A stretch of 40,070 nucleotides of DNA from Thermoplasmata archaeon (GCA_028864975.1 JAGWLG010000032.1:1-40070); one strand, 5' to 3'. Counted from the stretch's first letter, positions 1 to 9,394 are shown. The notes: generated by a model from the sequence alone, not told the origin. A program made the numbers and translations.

Positions 1-105
1 GTCCGGGTGACCGACGAGCAGATGGCCACGCTACGACTCGTGCCCCATCGGTTCCACGCTGACTGGAACTACACCATTCGCCCGCGCTCCAAGCGGACGA
101 AATGA
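1..105 (+). CDS. ISAzo13-family (Rhodopirellula-type DDE) transposase, C-terminal fragment (5' part outside window)
   Basis: Frame +1 reads VRVTDEQMATLRLVPHRFHADWNYTIRPRSKRTK*, matching the family C-terminal motif (kVsdeem..l.i....FHgeWNYtI.Pr) as I recall it. Not in the ORF track. Confidence 0.85.
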   Translation, partial: VRVTDEQMATLRLVPHRFHADWNYTIRPRSKRTK

Positions 106-128
106 GTCAATTATTTAGTAGCGACACC
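1..128 (+). mobile_element. Right end of an ISAzo13-type insertion sequence
   Basis: The transposase stop at 103-105 is followed by GTCAATTATTTAGTAGCGACACC (putative right terminal repeat, reads GG... from outside) and then TAA at 129-131 (candidate target triplet). The exact end is inferred. Confidence 0.65.
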
Positions 129-1209
129 TAAAGGGAGGAGACGAGCTCTTCACAGTCGTCATCATCTCAACCTGGGCATTCGCCGGAAACTGCGCTCCAG
201 CCTCGGTGTCGTAGCTGGGCTCCATCAACATCGCGCTCTCCCCCAAGCCCGCGGGTGAGACACAGGGGATCGACCCGTCGGAGTGTGGCGGCGGTTCGAG
301 AACGGCAGGTCCAACCCTCGAGTCAGTGCCGACACTCTGACCGACTGCCAAGGTTGAGATTTTGGACACCGATGGTGTCGCGGTCCCAGTCGAGAACATG
401 ATACCCGAAGGGATGCCAGTGCCCTCACCGGGTGTCGGGGGGGCATGAAGTTGCAGAACTGACACTTTCTCGGGAGAGTAATCAGAGATCGTGATCAAGC
501 CAGACACGTCTCCCGCGAGTGAGGCCGGGACCTGTAGACCGCCAAGAGCCCCAATGGCTTCAGTCCCATTGATCGAATACCACCAGAGGACAGTATGGAA
601 CGCGCTGTCTATCGATGCGGCATTGCCAATGACACGATAGTCTAGCTGCCGCCCCGTAGGGACGAACTGCACGCCCTCGGCGGAGAAGTAGGCGGCCAGC
701 GATTGGACCGTACTTGCCAAAGGGCCGAAGGTGTTGTCGAAAGCGGCCAGCGAGCGCGGTTGCGAGTAGACGTAGGAGGCAGGGTTCTCCAGGGCTTGGA
801 CGAATCGAGCGGCTGCTTCTGGGCAACGATAGCCGAGGTCCAGTGAGACTTCAATCTGCTCAGAGGACTCCACCGGATAGGACTCTTGCGCGGTGTGGAG
901 ATCTCGAGGGATTGACCCGGGGATAATCCAATAGCTCGAATCGGACGGGGACGCGGTCTGCTGGGGTAGACAGACGAACTCCCCCACCGGAGGGGCTTGG
1001 ATTACCGCGTGTGCCTCCGCGAGCGGCGCAGGAACGGTTACGGTTAGCAACAGGAATACGACGCCGACTCCAAGACTACGTCCTCCCAACTTCCATTCAA
1101 TCGCTCCTGCTCCCACGGGAAACTCCCCCCTCCATGCGGATGAATACGTAGAATGGCCTATTAGTTCGTTTCGAAGATGCGCTCCCTGTGTCATGGGGAC
1201 AGTTCTCAC
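115..1209 (-). pseudogene. Secreted S53 (sedolisin/kumamolisin-like) peptidase, N-terminal propeptide part, truncated by the IS
   Basis: Signal-like segment LGVGVVFLLLTVTVPAPLAEA. Pro-kumamolisin-like segment VSLDLGYRCPEAAARFVQALENPAS..Y.QPRSLAAFDNTFGPLASTVQSLAAYFSAEG..IGNAASIDSAFHT. No catalytic motifs are present, and the last codons (RCRY*) come from the IS end. Confidence 0.6.
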
Positions 1210-1369
1210 AACATGGCGCCGACCCTAGTTTCGCAGTTCAGCCACAATTGGTGGAATCTGATTTGCGATCATGAACTCCAGTGGCTCTCGACGCTGGGAG
1301 TTGGAAGATTGAAGGCCCGCAAGGAAGGGTTCTTCACCACCGCCGACATGAGTCAACCAAGGCAGGTCG

Positions 1370-2311
1370 ATGAGGCATAGCACGGGGAGGGCCGGAGAGG
1401 TTGGAAGCATCTGTCTTGCCTTCTCGGTTCTTGCGCTGGTCCTGCCCTCCTCGTCTACTCTCTGGGTAGGTGCGTCACCGAGAGGCCATTCTGACACACG
1501 GGTTCTGGATAGTTGGGCTGAGGGCTCCGCCAAGGATTGGCCCGGTGGTGGTACCCAGTCCAGTCTCGTGTCCATCGGACGTGGACCGAACTATGAAGGA
1601 CGTCCCACTGGCAACTCCTTCCCAGTAACCTTCGTTGCGACCGGACCCAATTGCTCCGTGAGCGTCTCCGGCACAAGAGTGAGCCCCAGCTCTCCGGGAG
1701 ACGTGGTTAACCTGGCAACAGGGATTCACCCGCTCAGTGCTCCCATCGCGTGCTTGGGCTGGTCATTCTACCAGTGGAGTTGGAGTTCAAATCTTTCGAT
1801 AGCCTCCTTTGGGTCTCCCTCCACAACCCTGACCGTTTCGGGACCGGGAGACGTTTGGGTTGCATACACCGAGCCAATCGCGTCCGTCGTCGTCCACGTG
1901 AGCCCGTCCTCGTGTGGCAAAGTGGTGGGCATCTCGGCGGGGATGACGGTAGGCGGTGAAGGCGGGTCTCTCTACGGAGATGGAGACGTAGCGCGAATTA
2001 GCTACTGGGGGCCGACCGTCGTGACCTATCGCTCAGCTCACAACTGTTTGGGTTACGTATTCGATCACTGGGTTCTCGGGAGCAGTGGATGGAGCTCGGA
2101 CGGTAGTTCCCTGACTGGGAACGCTACGCTGACCGCAGTCTACTCTCCTGACCCAGTGTTCTGGTCGCTTGTGGGCACGGTGGCAGTCATCATGGGGGTG
2201 GCAACTTTCACGATTGTGCGCCGACGTCGAAGGAAACTCGGGAGGGCAGCTGATGTGCATCCCTCCGGTTTGTCCACCGACGTCGGGTGGGGGGCGGGCA
2301 GGGGGACGTAG
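1370..2311 (+). CDS. Membrane-anchored surface protein with two divergent InlB B-repeat-like beta domains
   Basis: N-terminal hydrophobic signal. Two units of the type 'C..wsF..W....' (CLGWSFYQWSW; CLGYVFDHWV..NATLTAVY). C-terminal TM helix followed by RRRRRK. Confidence 0.7.
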   Translation: MRHSTGRAGEVGSICLAFSVLALVLPSSSTLWVGASPRGHSDTRVLDSWAEGSAKDWPGGGTQSSLVSIGRGPNYEGRPTGNSFPVTFVATGPNCSVSVSGTRVSPSSPGDVVNLATGIHPLSAPIACLGWSFYQWSWSSNLSIASFGSPSTTLTVSGPGDVWVAYTEPIASVVVHVSPSSCGKVVGISAGMTVGGEGGSLYGDGDVARISYWGPTVVTYRSAHNCLGYVFDHWVLGSSGWSSDGSSLTGNATLTAVYSPDPVFWSLVGTVAVIMGVATFTIVRRRRRKLGRAADVHPSGLSTDVGWGAGRGT

Positions 2312-2337
2312 GTCTCCTCCTCATCGTTCGGCGTTGT

Positions 2338-2439
2338 TCATGCTGCTGCCTCCCGCTGCTTCTTCCTCGCGTACTAGCTCGGCGTGAGATACCCCAGCGG
2401 TGAGTGAGGCCTCTTCTCGTTGTAGTGGCGCAGAGGCAT
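2338..2439 (-). pseudogene. IS3/IS481-type transposase (integrase core) C-terminal remnant
   Basis: Minus strand reads MPLRHYNEKRPHSPLGYLTPS*YARKKQREAAA*. This is the canonical YN..RPHssLgy.TP motif with an internal TAG. Nothing homologous upstream. Not in the ORF track. Confidence 0.75.
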
Positions 2440-2635
2440 CTCCGTAGGGTAGGGGGGTGTGGCGAAAGAGTGCCCGACCGCGCCCTCCCCGTTCACGTCG
2501 ACCGGGGTGCTGGCCGGCGCGGCGGTCTCCCTGGGGGGCCGCCCCGCTGCGCGCGCCTCCCCCCTACGGATTGGCCATCCATAGAGCGGGCGTCACTGTG
2601 GCTGCCGCTGGTGCCGAACGCCGAGCGAGATTCGT

Positions 2636-3856
2636 CTACAAGCTCGGCAACTCAGCTTCGCGTTCCCCCTTTCCAGGAACGCTCGGCCCAGGGGCGGGTG
2701 CCCGAACCTCTTCGCCCCCGAATCCCAGTCCAAGCGCTCCTTCCTCCAGCACCTTGTCCACCGGAGGGTCCAAGTGCTCCATCGCGTTCTCCTTTCCCCG
2801 CCACTCCCCCCATGCCTCGCGCAGGCGGTTTGGCGAGTCCGTGTACACCACCGCCGATTCCCGGGCCCTCGAAAAGGAGACATACGCCTGTTCGGCCGAG
2901 GCGAGCTTGCCGGTCTCCCCCGCGATGATCACGTGATCCACAGTCTGCCCCTGCGCCTGGTGGACGGTAGTGGCGTACGCGTGCTCGAGACGGGCGCCGC
3001 CATCGACGTCTAGGGTCACCTCTCGATCCCCACGGTCGAGATGCACGGTGAGGTCGTGGTCGCCGATCCGTGTCACCGTGCCCCGGTCCCCGTTCACGGC
3101 CCCGAGGTCGCGCGAGTTCTCTCGGAAGACGACCCGGTCCCCCTCCGCCAGGGTCGTCCGCTCCTCGCGATACAGGTGGACCCCCGCCGCCTTCGAGGGC
3201 TCCCAGGAGGACCTCTCACCCGTGACCCGGTTCTCGAGGTCCACGGTCTCCCCCCGGACCTCCACGACCCGGTACTCCACTCCCCTTTCGAGGGCGGACG
3301 GGGTCCTTCGTGCACCGTGGTCCCTCTGAGGGACCACGATGTCCCCCGGGGCGTAGCTCGAGGGGCGTCGCAGCTCCTCCCGCGTCAGGTCCTGCCGGCG
3401 GAGGGTCCGCACCTTCACGTCCGGGCCGAGGGCCCCCTCCAGCCGGAGCCCCAGCCGCACCTGCTCGTTGATCGCCTCCCGCGTGGCGTTGGTCCCGCAG
3501 AGGACGAGCGTCCGCTCCCTCTCCTCCCGAGACCTCGTGAGATAGTCCTGGGCCGCCGACCGGGCGATGTCCTCGGAGAACACGAAGTGGCCCGAAGCCC
3601 GCAAGGCCCCCCACCCCGCCTCGCCTCGGGCGAAGGACTCCACGACCGCCTTGAGGTCCTCGTCGCGCTGGCGCTGGACCTCGCCGATGACCGCGGTCGG
3701 CGCCCCGTCCCTGACGATGGCCGCGAGGGGGTTCCCCGCCTCGACCGCGTGGAGCTGCCGCGGGTCCCCCACGAGGCCCACCCGCCTCACGGCGCAGACG
3801 TTGGCCGAGTCCGGACCCGTCCCGCTCCCCTCTCGGCGCGGGCGCACCCCTCGCAC
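2636..3856 (-). pseudogene. C-terminal RecD-like (SF1B) helicase part of a TrwC/TraI (MOBF-type) relaxase-helicase, 5'-truncated
   Basis: Motifs LVGDPRQLHAVEAG, EVQRQRD, LCGTNATREAIN, GDRVVFRENSRDLGAVNGDRGTV, HAYATTVHQAQGQTVD, YVSFSRARE. The Walker A/B motifs and the HUH relaxase domain are absent. Confidence 0.8.
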
Positions 3857-4488
3857 GCCCCGACGAACGCCGCCCGCGTCCTCGTCTCCCCCCTAGGAGA
3901 GGAGCGGTACGTCCTCTCCCCCCTCGCCATCGTCGTCGCGGGCTGCCGCCGGCAGATGGCGCAGAGGAGGCGCACCCCGTGCCTTCTCGCCATCGCGAGG
4001 TTGACCCCGCTCGTCCCGAGCTTCCTCGCGTATTCGTCCCACGTGGTGCACGTGAGCGCGAGGGCTCGCCGCCGCGCCCACTCGCGCTCGGGAAGCGACG
4101 CGTCGCCCCGCTCCGCGTTCGTGAGCGGCGGGGGACGCGCGATGCCCTCGTACGGAGGCCTCCCGTAGAGCGCCCTGCGTAGGAGCGCGGGCGACACTCC
4201 GAGCCGCCGAGCGAGCCTCCCCCGGGGCTCTCCCCCCCTGACCAGCTTCCGCGCCTCTCGCACCTTCGCGGGGGAGAGCCCGGGATGGACGACCGCCCCT
4301 CCCCGCGGGAGGGGCGGGGGGCGTCGGAGGGCCGCGTAGGCCCTCTGCCCGTAGATCGCGTGGACGATGGTCGACCTCCCGACGCGGAAGGCCATGGCGA
4401 GCTCGTCGCGCCGCGCCCCGCCGCGCGCGAGCCGACGGACCCTCGCGACCTGGCGGGGGGTGAGCGCGGGGGGGCGGCCTCGGGGCAC
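3787..4488 (-). CDS. Multi-HTH DNA-binding protein with a C-terminal CxxC...CxxC zinc finger
   Basis: Hin/resolvase-like HTH units (GRPPALTPRQV..ELAMAFRVGRSTI; LSPAKVREAR..LARRLGVSPALL; a possible third at YARKLGTSG). CAIC and CEGC. CCCTTGAA box about 25 nt upstream. Confidence 0.75.
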   Translation of the reverse strand: MPRGRPPALTPRQVARVRRLARGGARRDELAMAFRVGRSTIVHAIYGQRAYAALRRPPPLPRGGAVVHPGLSPAKVREARKLVRGGEPRGRLARRLGVSPALLRRALYGRPPYEGIARPPPLTNAERGDASLPEREWARRRALALTCTTWDEYARKLGTSGVNLAMARRHGVRLLCAICRRQPATTMARGERTYRSSPRGETRTRAAFVGACEGCARAERGAGRVRTRPTSAP

Positions 4489-4651
4489 GAGGGGCGAGCC
4501 GCCCCCCGGCTCTTCAAGGGTGCGGGGGCGGCCCTCCCGCCCCGCCGAGACTCACCTCGAAGAGGCCCCTCGCCCGCCGGGCGAGGGAACATATACGACG
4601 CGGTCCATCGAGAAGATCGTGGGCGGGGACTCCCGCAAGCGGCGGGCGGTA

Positions 4652-7387
4652 TTGAGGCTCCGACGAGCGTCACTGTTCCTCCCGACCCTCGCGGTGCTGC
4701 TCCTCCTCTTGCCTCCATCTTCGTTGCACGGCACGGCCCGGGAGACCCCAGCCCCCGTTCGCGCGGAAGGTCCACGTTCGAGCGCTTCCGTCCCAGTCCC
4801 TTCGGCAACCCTTCCTTGGGTCCCAGGCCTCATGGTCAACACGTCAGCGTCCACGAACTGGACCATGGTGTGTAATACGGGAGGGTGTCCCTTGCAGTCG
4901 CGCGAGTCGCCCGCGATGGCCGACGACCCCGCCGATGGCGAGGTTGTGTTGTTCGGGGGACTGAACACGACGAGCGGGGTCACTCTGAACGATACCTGGG
5001 CGTATAGAGCAGGAACCGGGACTCATGGATGGACCGAGATCTCGAGTGCGAGTCATGGGCCATCGGTGCGCTGGGGAGCACAGCTGGTCTGGGACGCTTC
5101 GGACGGTTACCTACTGCTCTTCGGCGGAATCGGCCCTCCCCTCTGGCTGAACCAGTGGACGGCCTACTCGGATACCTGGATCTTTCGAGCGGGAAACTGG
5201 ACCGAGCTCTTCCCCGCGGTGCAACCAAGTGCACGGTCATTCTACAGCGCGGCCTACGACCCGGTCGATGGCTACGCGGTACTGTTCGGCGGTTGCGCGC
5301 CAATGTTCATCACGGGCTTCTGTGGGGGGATGTTAGGAGACACGTGGAAGTTCACGGCCGGGAACTGGACCCAGCTCTCTCCCGGAATCGCCCCTTCGAA
5401 TCGTATGGCCGCTGGCATCGCGTTCGATGGCGCAGCAGATCGGTACGTGGTCCTCTTCGGGGGGCAGCTCGGGAACAATAACCGGTCCGCCGGCGACACA
5501 TGGAGGTTCTCGGGGGGCCGTTGGTCGAACATCACCAGTGCCGTGGGAGCGCCACCGTCGCCTCGCTCCCTTGAGGTGGATCAAATGACATGGGATACTC
5601 AAGCGGGCGCGGTCTTGCTGTTTGGGGGGTGTCACGACAACGACCCCGCCAATCACTGCAACTTCCTCTACTCGGATACGTGGTTCTTCTCAGGAGGACA
5701 CTGGTCGCTCCAATCGCCGACCATCGTTCCGACGGGCCGTTACAGCTCGGGGATGGCCGACGACCTTGCGGATCATGCCCTCGTTCTCTTTGGTGGCTAC
5801 ACCTACCCGTTGGACGCCTCGGACACCTGGACCTTCGCCTCCAACATCTCCGCATTTACGCTCACCGCATTGGCATCCCCGGCGGTCGCCGCTGCCGGAA
5901 CCCCCATCGCCTTCCACAGCCTTGCGAACTACGGGACCCCACCGATCTCGTACTCCTGGCGGTTCGGGGACGGTGGAGCCGCCGCCACCGCCTTGACCAA
6001 TCACACTTACCTTTCGGTCGGGCTGTGGACCGCCAATGTCTGGGCGAACGCGACCGGAGGGGCCCGCGCGTACGCGTTCCTGAATGTGACCATCTCGGTC
6101 GGGCCTCTCTCCTCGGTGTCGGTGGCCCCTTCGACCGCAACCCTCCCGCCGTGGGGATGGCAAGGATTCGATGCAGCGTCCTCCTGTCTCGGCGGCGCCT
6201 GCCCCTCACCCCCCCGGTACTCCTGGGCCATGAACCGGCCCTTGGGCTCGTTCAACGCGACCACGGGTTCCGTCGTCCTGTTCACCGCCGGGGGTACGGC
6301 AGGCACCACCTATCTCTTCGTCAACGCGACGCTGAACGGTGTGACCGTCCAGAGCCACCCGGTCCTCGTGCAGGTCCTCCCCTCGCCTCCAACGCGCTAT
6401 GTCCTGACCTTCTCCATCAACCACGCGGTCTGCTCCCCCGTCCTGTTCAACGGCTCCTCGGCCGCGAACGGCAGCTCCGTCTCCTTCCTCGCGGGAACTT
6501 ACCCGCTCCACGCGCTGACGTGCACTGGGCACACATTCTCGAGGTCCACATATCGTTCGGACGCCGGCGCGGTCCAGACGTTCTCCTCGCCCTGGGGCAA
6601 CGTGAGCGTATCGGCCAACGGCACCCTTTGGGTGAACTACACGGCGAACCCTCCGCTCACGGTCTCGTTGGTCGCGAGCGCGACCACCGTGTCCACGGGA
6701 GGCTCACTGACCCTCACGCCCACAATCTCGGGCGGGGCATCCCCCTACACCTGCCTCTGGTCCCTCAACGGGACCAACACGTCGCAGACAGGGTGCGCGG
6801 CGGCCTCCATCGCCTTCGCCCACCCCGGCACCTACACCTACCGCGTCTGGGCCACCGACTCCGCGTCCCATGTCGCCGGGAGCAACGCCGTCGCGATCAC
6901 GGTGAGCGCGCCACCCGCCCCGGCTCCCCTGGTCGCGTTCGCGAACGCGACCTCGTTGACGGGGAGTGTCGTAACCGGATGCGCAGTCTCGGCGTCGGCG
7001 CTCTCCACCTCCTACGAGGAAAACTTCACAGGAAACGCGCGCGGGGGGTCGCCCCCGTATGCCTTCCGCTGGACGGAGCCGGGAGCAGCCTCTGGCTTCC
7101 TCTCTTCTTCGAGGAATTTCACGACCTACTTTGGCTACGGGGTCTACCTGATCTCCCTGAAGGTCAACGACTCGGCGGGTCGACTGGCCTGGGCCAACCT
7201 GACGGTCACGATCACCATCGACGACTCAAGCCTTCGCTGCGGTCCACACGTGGGAGTCATCTCTCTGGTTCCGTACTTCCTCGCCGCCGGCCTCCTCGCG
7301 GCCGTCGTGGCGGTGGTCGTGATCCTGGTGGTCCTGCGGAAGCACCGGAAGCGCGAAGAGCCCCCCATGCACGCGTTCGTCAGATAG
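4652..7387 (+). CDS. Kelch-repeat beta-propeller + PKD/Ig-like domain surface protein, C-terminal TM anchor
   Basis: Six repeats of 'PsaR....ayD..dg.vlLFGG....DTW.f..g.Wt'. PKD motifs (YSWRFGDG, HTY...G.WTANVW). TM followed by RKHRKR. The ORF track starts at 4367; TTG at 4652 (MRLRRASLFLPTLAVLLLLL) gives a clean signal peptide and avoids overlap with the divergent gene. Confidence 0.9.
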   Translation: MRLRRASLFLPTLAVLLLLLPPSSLHGTARETPAPVRAEGPRSSASVPVPSATLPWVPGLMVNTSASTNWTMVCNTGGCPLQSRESPAMADDPADGEVVLFGGLNTTSGVTLNDTWAYRAGTGTHGWTEISSASHGPSVRWGAQLVWDASDGYLLLFGGIGPPLWLNQWTAYSDTWIFRAGNWTELFPAVQPSARSFYSAAYDPVDGYAVLFGGCAPMFITGFCGGMLGDTWKFTAGNWTQLSPGIAPSNRMAAGIAFDGAADRYVVLFGGQLGNNNRSAGDTWRFSGGRWSNITSAVGAPPSPRSLEVDQMTWDTQAGAVLLFGGCHDNDPANHCNFLYSDTWFFSGGHWSLQSPTIVPTGRYSSGMADDLADHALVLFGGYTYPLDASDTWTFASNISAFTLTALASPAVAAAGTPIAFHSLANYGTPPISYSWRFGDGGAAATALTNHTYLSVGLWTANVWANATGGARAYAFLNVTISVGPLSSVSVAPSTATLPPWGWQGFDAASSCLGGACPSPPRYSWAMNRPLGSFNATTGSVVLFTAGGTAGTTYLFVNATLNGVTVQSHPVLVQVLPSPPTRYVLTFSINHAVCSPVLFNGSSAANGSSVSFLAGTYPLHALTCTGHTFSRSTYRSDAGAVQTFSSPWGNVSVSANGTLWVNYTANPPLTVSLVASATTVSTGGSLTLTPTISGGASPYTCLWSLNGTNTSQTGCAAASIAFAHPGTYTYRVWATDSASHVAGSNAVAITVSAPPAPAPLVAFANATSLTGSVVTGCAVSASALSTSYEENFTGNARGGSPPYAFRWTEPGAASGFLSSSRNFTTYFGYGVYLISLKVNDSAGRLAWANLTVTITIDDSSLRCGPHVGVISLVPYFLAAGLLAAVVAVVVILVVLRKHRKREEPPMHAFVR

Positions 7388-7749
7388 ACTCGGGCCCGGG
7401 GCGCGTTCTCCTCCCACTCGCGCTCCGGGACGGCCCACGCCACCACCGGCCTCTTGCCGAGACCGAGGTGCTTCTTCGCCTCCTTCGGGAGGCTGAAGAC
7501 GAGCTTCCTCGTCGGCGTCGCGACCGCGACCAAGGCGTCCGTGCTCTCCTTGGTGGCCCCCACGAAGGGGTCGGCCATCGCCATGACCTGCAGCACGCCT
7601 GGCCCGTTCGCCAGGAACGCGATGCCGTTCCCGGGGCTCGGGAGGTCGGCGCGAAGGCCGATGAGTTCGGCGACGACCTTCGGGACCTGGAGGGTGGGGC
7701 CGTTCAGGACCGTCGCGTGCAGCACGACCCAGAGGTCGTCCGTCGCCAT
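7144..7749 (-). CDS. Protein with two AbrB/SpoVT-like motifs (putative regulator)
   Basis: GPTLQVPKVVAELIGL and KLVFSLPKEAKKHLGL resemble tandem swapped-hairpin motifs. The last ~80 codons overlap the Kelch gene antisense and look non-native. Confidence 0.6.
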   Translation of the reverse strand: MATDDLWVVLHATVLNGPTLQVPKVVAELIGLRADLPSPGNGIAFLANGPGVLQVMAMADPFVGATKESTDALVAVATPTRKLVFSLPKEAKKHLGLGKRPVVAWAVPEREWEENAPRARVYLTNACMGGSSRFRCFRRTTRITTTATTAARRPAARKYGTREMTPTCGPQRRLESSMVIVTVRLAQASRPAESLTFREIR

Positions 7750-7792
7750 GCGCAGCGTTCTACCGTCGAGGATATCCCCGTTGCTGTGAGCG

Positions 7793-9262
7793 ATGGGCAG
7801 GCGACGGTGCCCCCAACCCAGCTTCAAGTTCGGTCGGACGGCCCCGAGGAGGTTTCATTTTGGAGAAGGAGCCTTCGTTCCCTGGATGGAGTCCCAGGGA
7901 ACCCCCCTCCACCAGGACCAACCTTCTGGTCCCCTATCCCCGACAAGGGCCGCCGGCAAGCGCAAGACCCGTTCGCCCGGGAAGTGGTCGACGAGCGCTG
8001 CGACGTCCTCCAAGCTTGCCCCCGAAGCTGACGCAACCATCCCATGGATCCCCCCCGCCTCGTTCGTGTCCGCCTCCCGACGGGCGATGGAGGACCTCGG
8101 GTACACGCCCGTCGAGATCCCCAAACGCCCCGATGCTGCCCTCGGAGAGCGCAACCTCTCGCTCGACGAGGGGTCGACCCGGCAGCAGATGGTCCGCGGG
8201 ATCGTGCTTTTCGCCGTCTGTCTGGGGAGCACGGCGCTCATCCTCATCCCGTCGGTATTCTGGGCCATCGTCCTCTCTGCTGCACCCCTGCTCTTCGTCC
8301 TCCCCATCGCGATAGGTCTTGGCCTTGGCCTCGGGACGACGCTATCGATGCGGTCCCTCTGGCAGAGCGAGGTCCTCCGAATTCGGCTCGACCCGGCCTC
8401 GACTCGGCTTGGAAAGGCGCTTTCCCCCTCGATGGGAGCCGGGAACCTGCACCTCCGGATCTTCGTCGGGACCGTGCGAAGTCGCACCACCGGCTCGAAG
8501 ACCGGGACCTGGCGTTCCGTCTGGAAGACCGTGCCGAGCCCTTCCTCGGCCCCGGGAGCGAGCAGGGTCCTCTCGGCGCTGACCCAGGCCGTGGGGGCCG
8601 AGCCTAACGTCGGGGAATCCTCCCCCAAGGTCCTCCCTTCGCTCACTTCCCCCGTCGAGGGGCGCAAGCGTCGGTCTGCGACTCCCGCGAACGCTGGCAC
8701 GACGTGGAAGCAGTATCCCTCTTGGTTCCGCGTGGTGGGTATCCTGACCCTCCTCCTGGTCGTGCTATCGCTCACGCTTGGCGCGCTCTCCTTCAACCCT
8801 TGGCGCGTGAGCAATCTTGCGGTCGAGCCCGGGGGACCGGGAGTCCTGAACTCGCGCCCGGTCCCCTGGTCGCCGTTCGGCCCACCGGTGGCCTACATCA
8901 CATGGGGCGCCTGGGTGACGAGCACGAACACTGCGATCACGGGGATCTCGATGGATCTCGCCCTCTGCCCGTCCGGGACCTCAACCTTGGTCCCTGCTCA
9001 ATGCCGGCCGGCGATGAGCGGGTCCTTCACGGTCCAGGATGCCGGAAACGTGACCGTGACCATGCCGAACGGTTGGCATGTGCTCTTCATCGTGAACTCC
9101 TCCCAGCTGTGTGGAGGTTGCTACGCCTGGGCGGGCTTCGAGGTCCCCCTCGTCTTCCAAGGGGCACTCCTGCTCGGTGTAGGCACGGTATCCGTCATCA
9201 CCATGCTCGCGACCTGGCTCTACCTACGTCCGGCAGCGAGCCGCGCCTGGCCCCTTCCGTGA
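7793..9262 (+). CDS. Multi-pass membrane protein, unknown function
   Basis: Long ORF with about 4-5 hydrophobic segments and a Cys-containing beta-rich domain between the last two TMs. Confidence 0.75.
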   Translation: MGRRRCPQPSFKFGRTAPRRFHFGEGAFVPWMESQGTPLHQDQPSGPLSPTRAAGKRKTRSPGKWSTSAATSSKLAPEADATIPWIPPASFVSASRRAMEDLGYTPVEIPKRPDAALGERNLSLDEGSTRQQMVRGIVLFAVCLGSTALILIPSVFWAIVLSAAPLLFVLPIAIGLGLGLGTTLSMRSLWQSEVLRIRLDPASTRLGKALSPSMGAGNLHLRIFVGTVRSRTTGSKTGTWRSVWKTVPSPSSAPGASRVLSALTQAVGAEPNVGESSPKVLPSLTSPVEGRKRRSATPANAGTTWKQYPSWFRVVGILTLLLVVLSLTLGALSFNPWRVSNLAVEPGGPGVLNSRPVPWSPFGPPVAYITWGAWVTSTNTAITGISMDLALCPSGTSTLVPAQCRPAMSGSFTVQDAGNVTVTMPNGWHVLFIVNSSQLCGGCYAWAGFEVPLVFQGALLLGVGTVSVITMLATWLYLRPAASRAWPLP

Positions 9263-9355
9263 GTCGGGGGTCCGCGCTCCGGACACCCGCCTGCCGTTCG
9301 CGCTCCTCGCGCACGACACTCCCGGACGGCCGACACGTCGAGGACCCCGCCCGGC

Positions 9356-9380
9356 GAGGGGGTCCTTTAAGGACCCCCTC
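9356..9380. promoter_or_regulatory. Perfect 12-bp-arm palindrome centred on a TATA box (putative operator/promoter)
   Basis: GAGGGGGTCCTT-T-AAGGACCCCCTC. The TTTAAG core (9366-9371) lies about 24 nt before ATG 9395. Confidence 0.7.
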
Positions 9381-9394
9381 CCCGATGCCGCCGC

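Noticed and set aside
2441-2570. 9-bp inverted repeats (TCCGTAGGG / CCCTACGGA) as a MITE or oriT
   Set aside because: Too short in GC-rich DNA, with no target duplication, second copy or recognisable nic site.
4367-4651. N-terminal extension of the first Kelch gene
   Set aside because: It overlaps the divergent HTH gene and its promoter. The signal peptide starts at TTG 4652.
3216-4808. 530-aa minus-strand ORF (and 3041-4168, 4285-4875 on plus)
   Set aside because: R/G/P-rich shadow frames of GC-rich genes that have clear motifs in other frames.
5590-8031. 813-aa plus-strand ORF
   Set aside because: Alternative frame of the Kelch-PKD gene with R/P/G/L-biased composition and no motifs.
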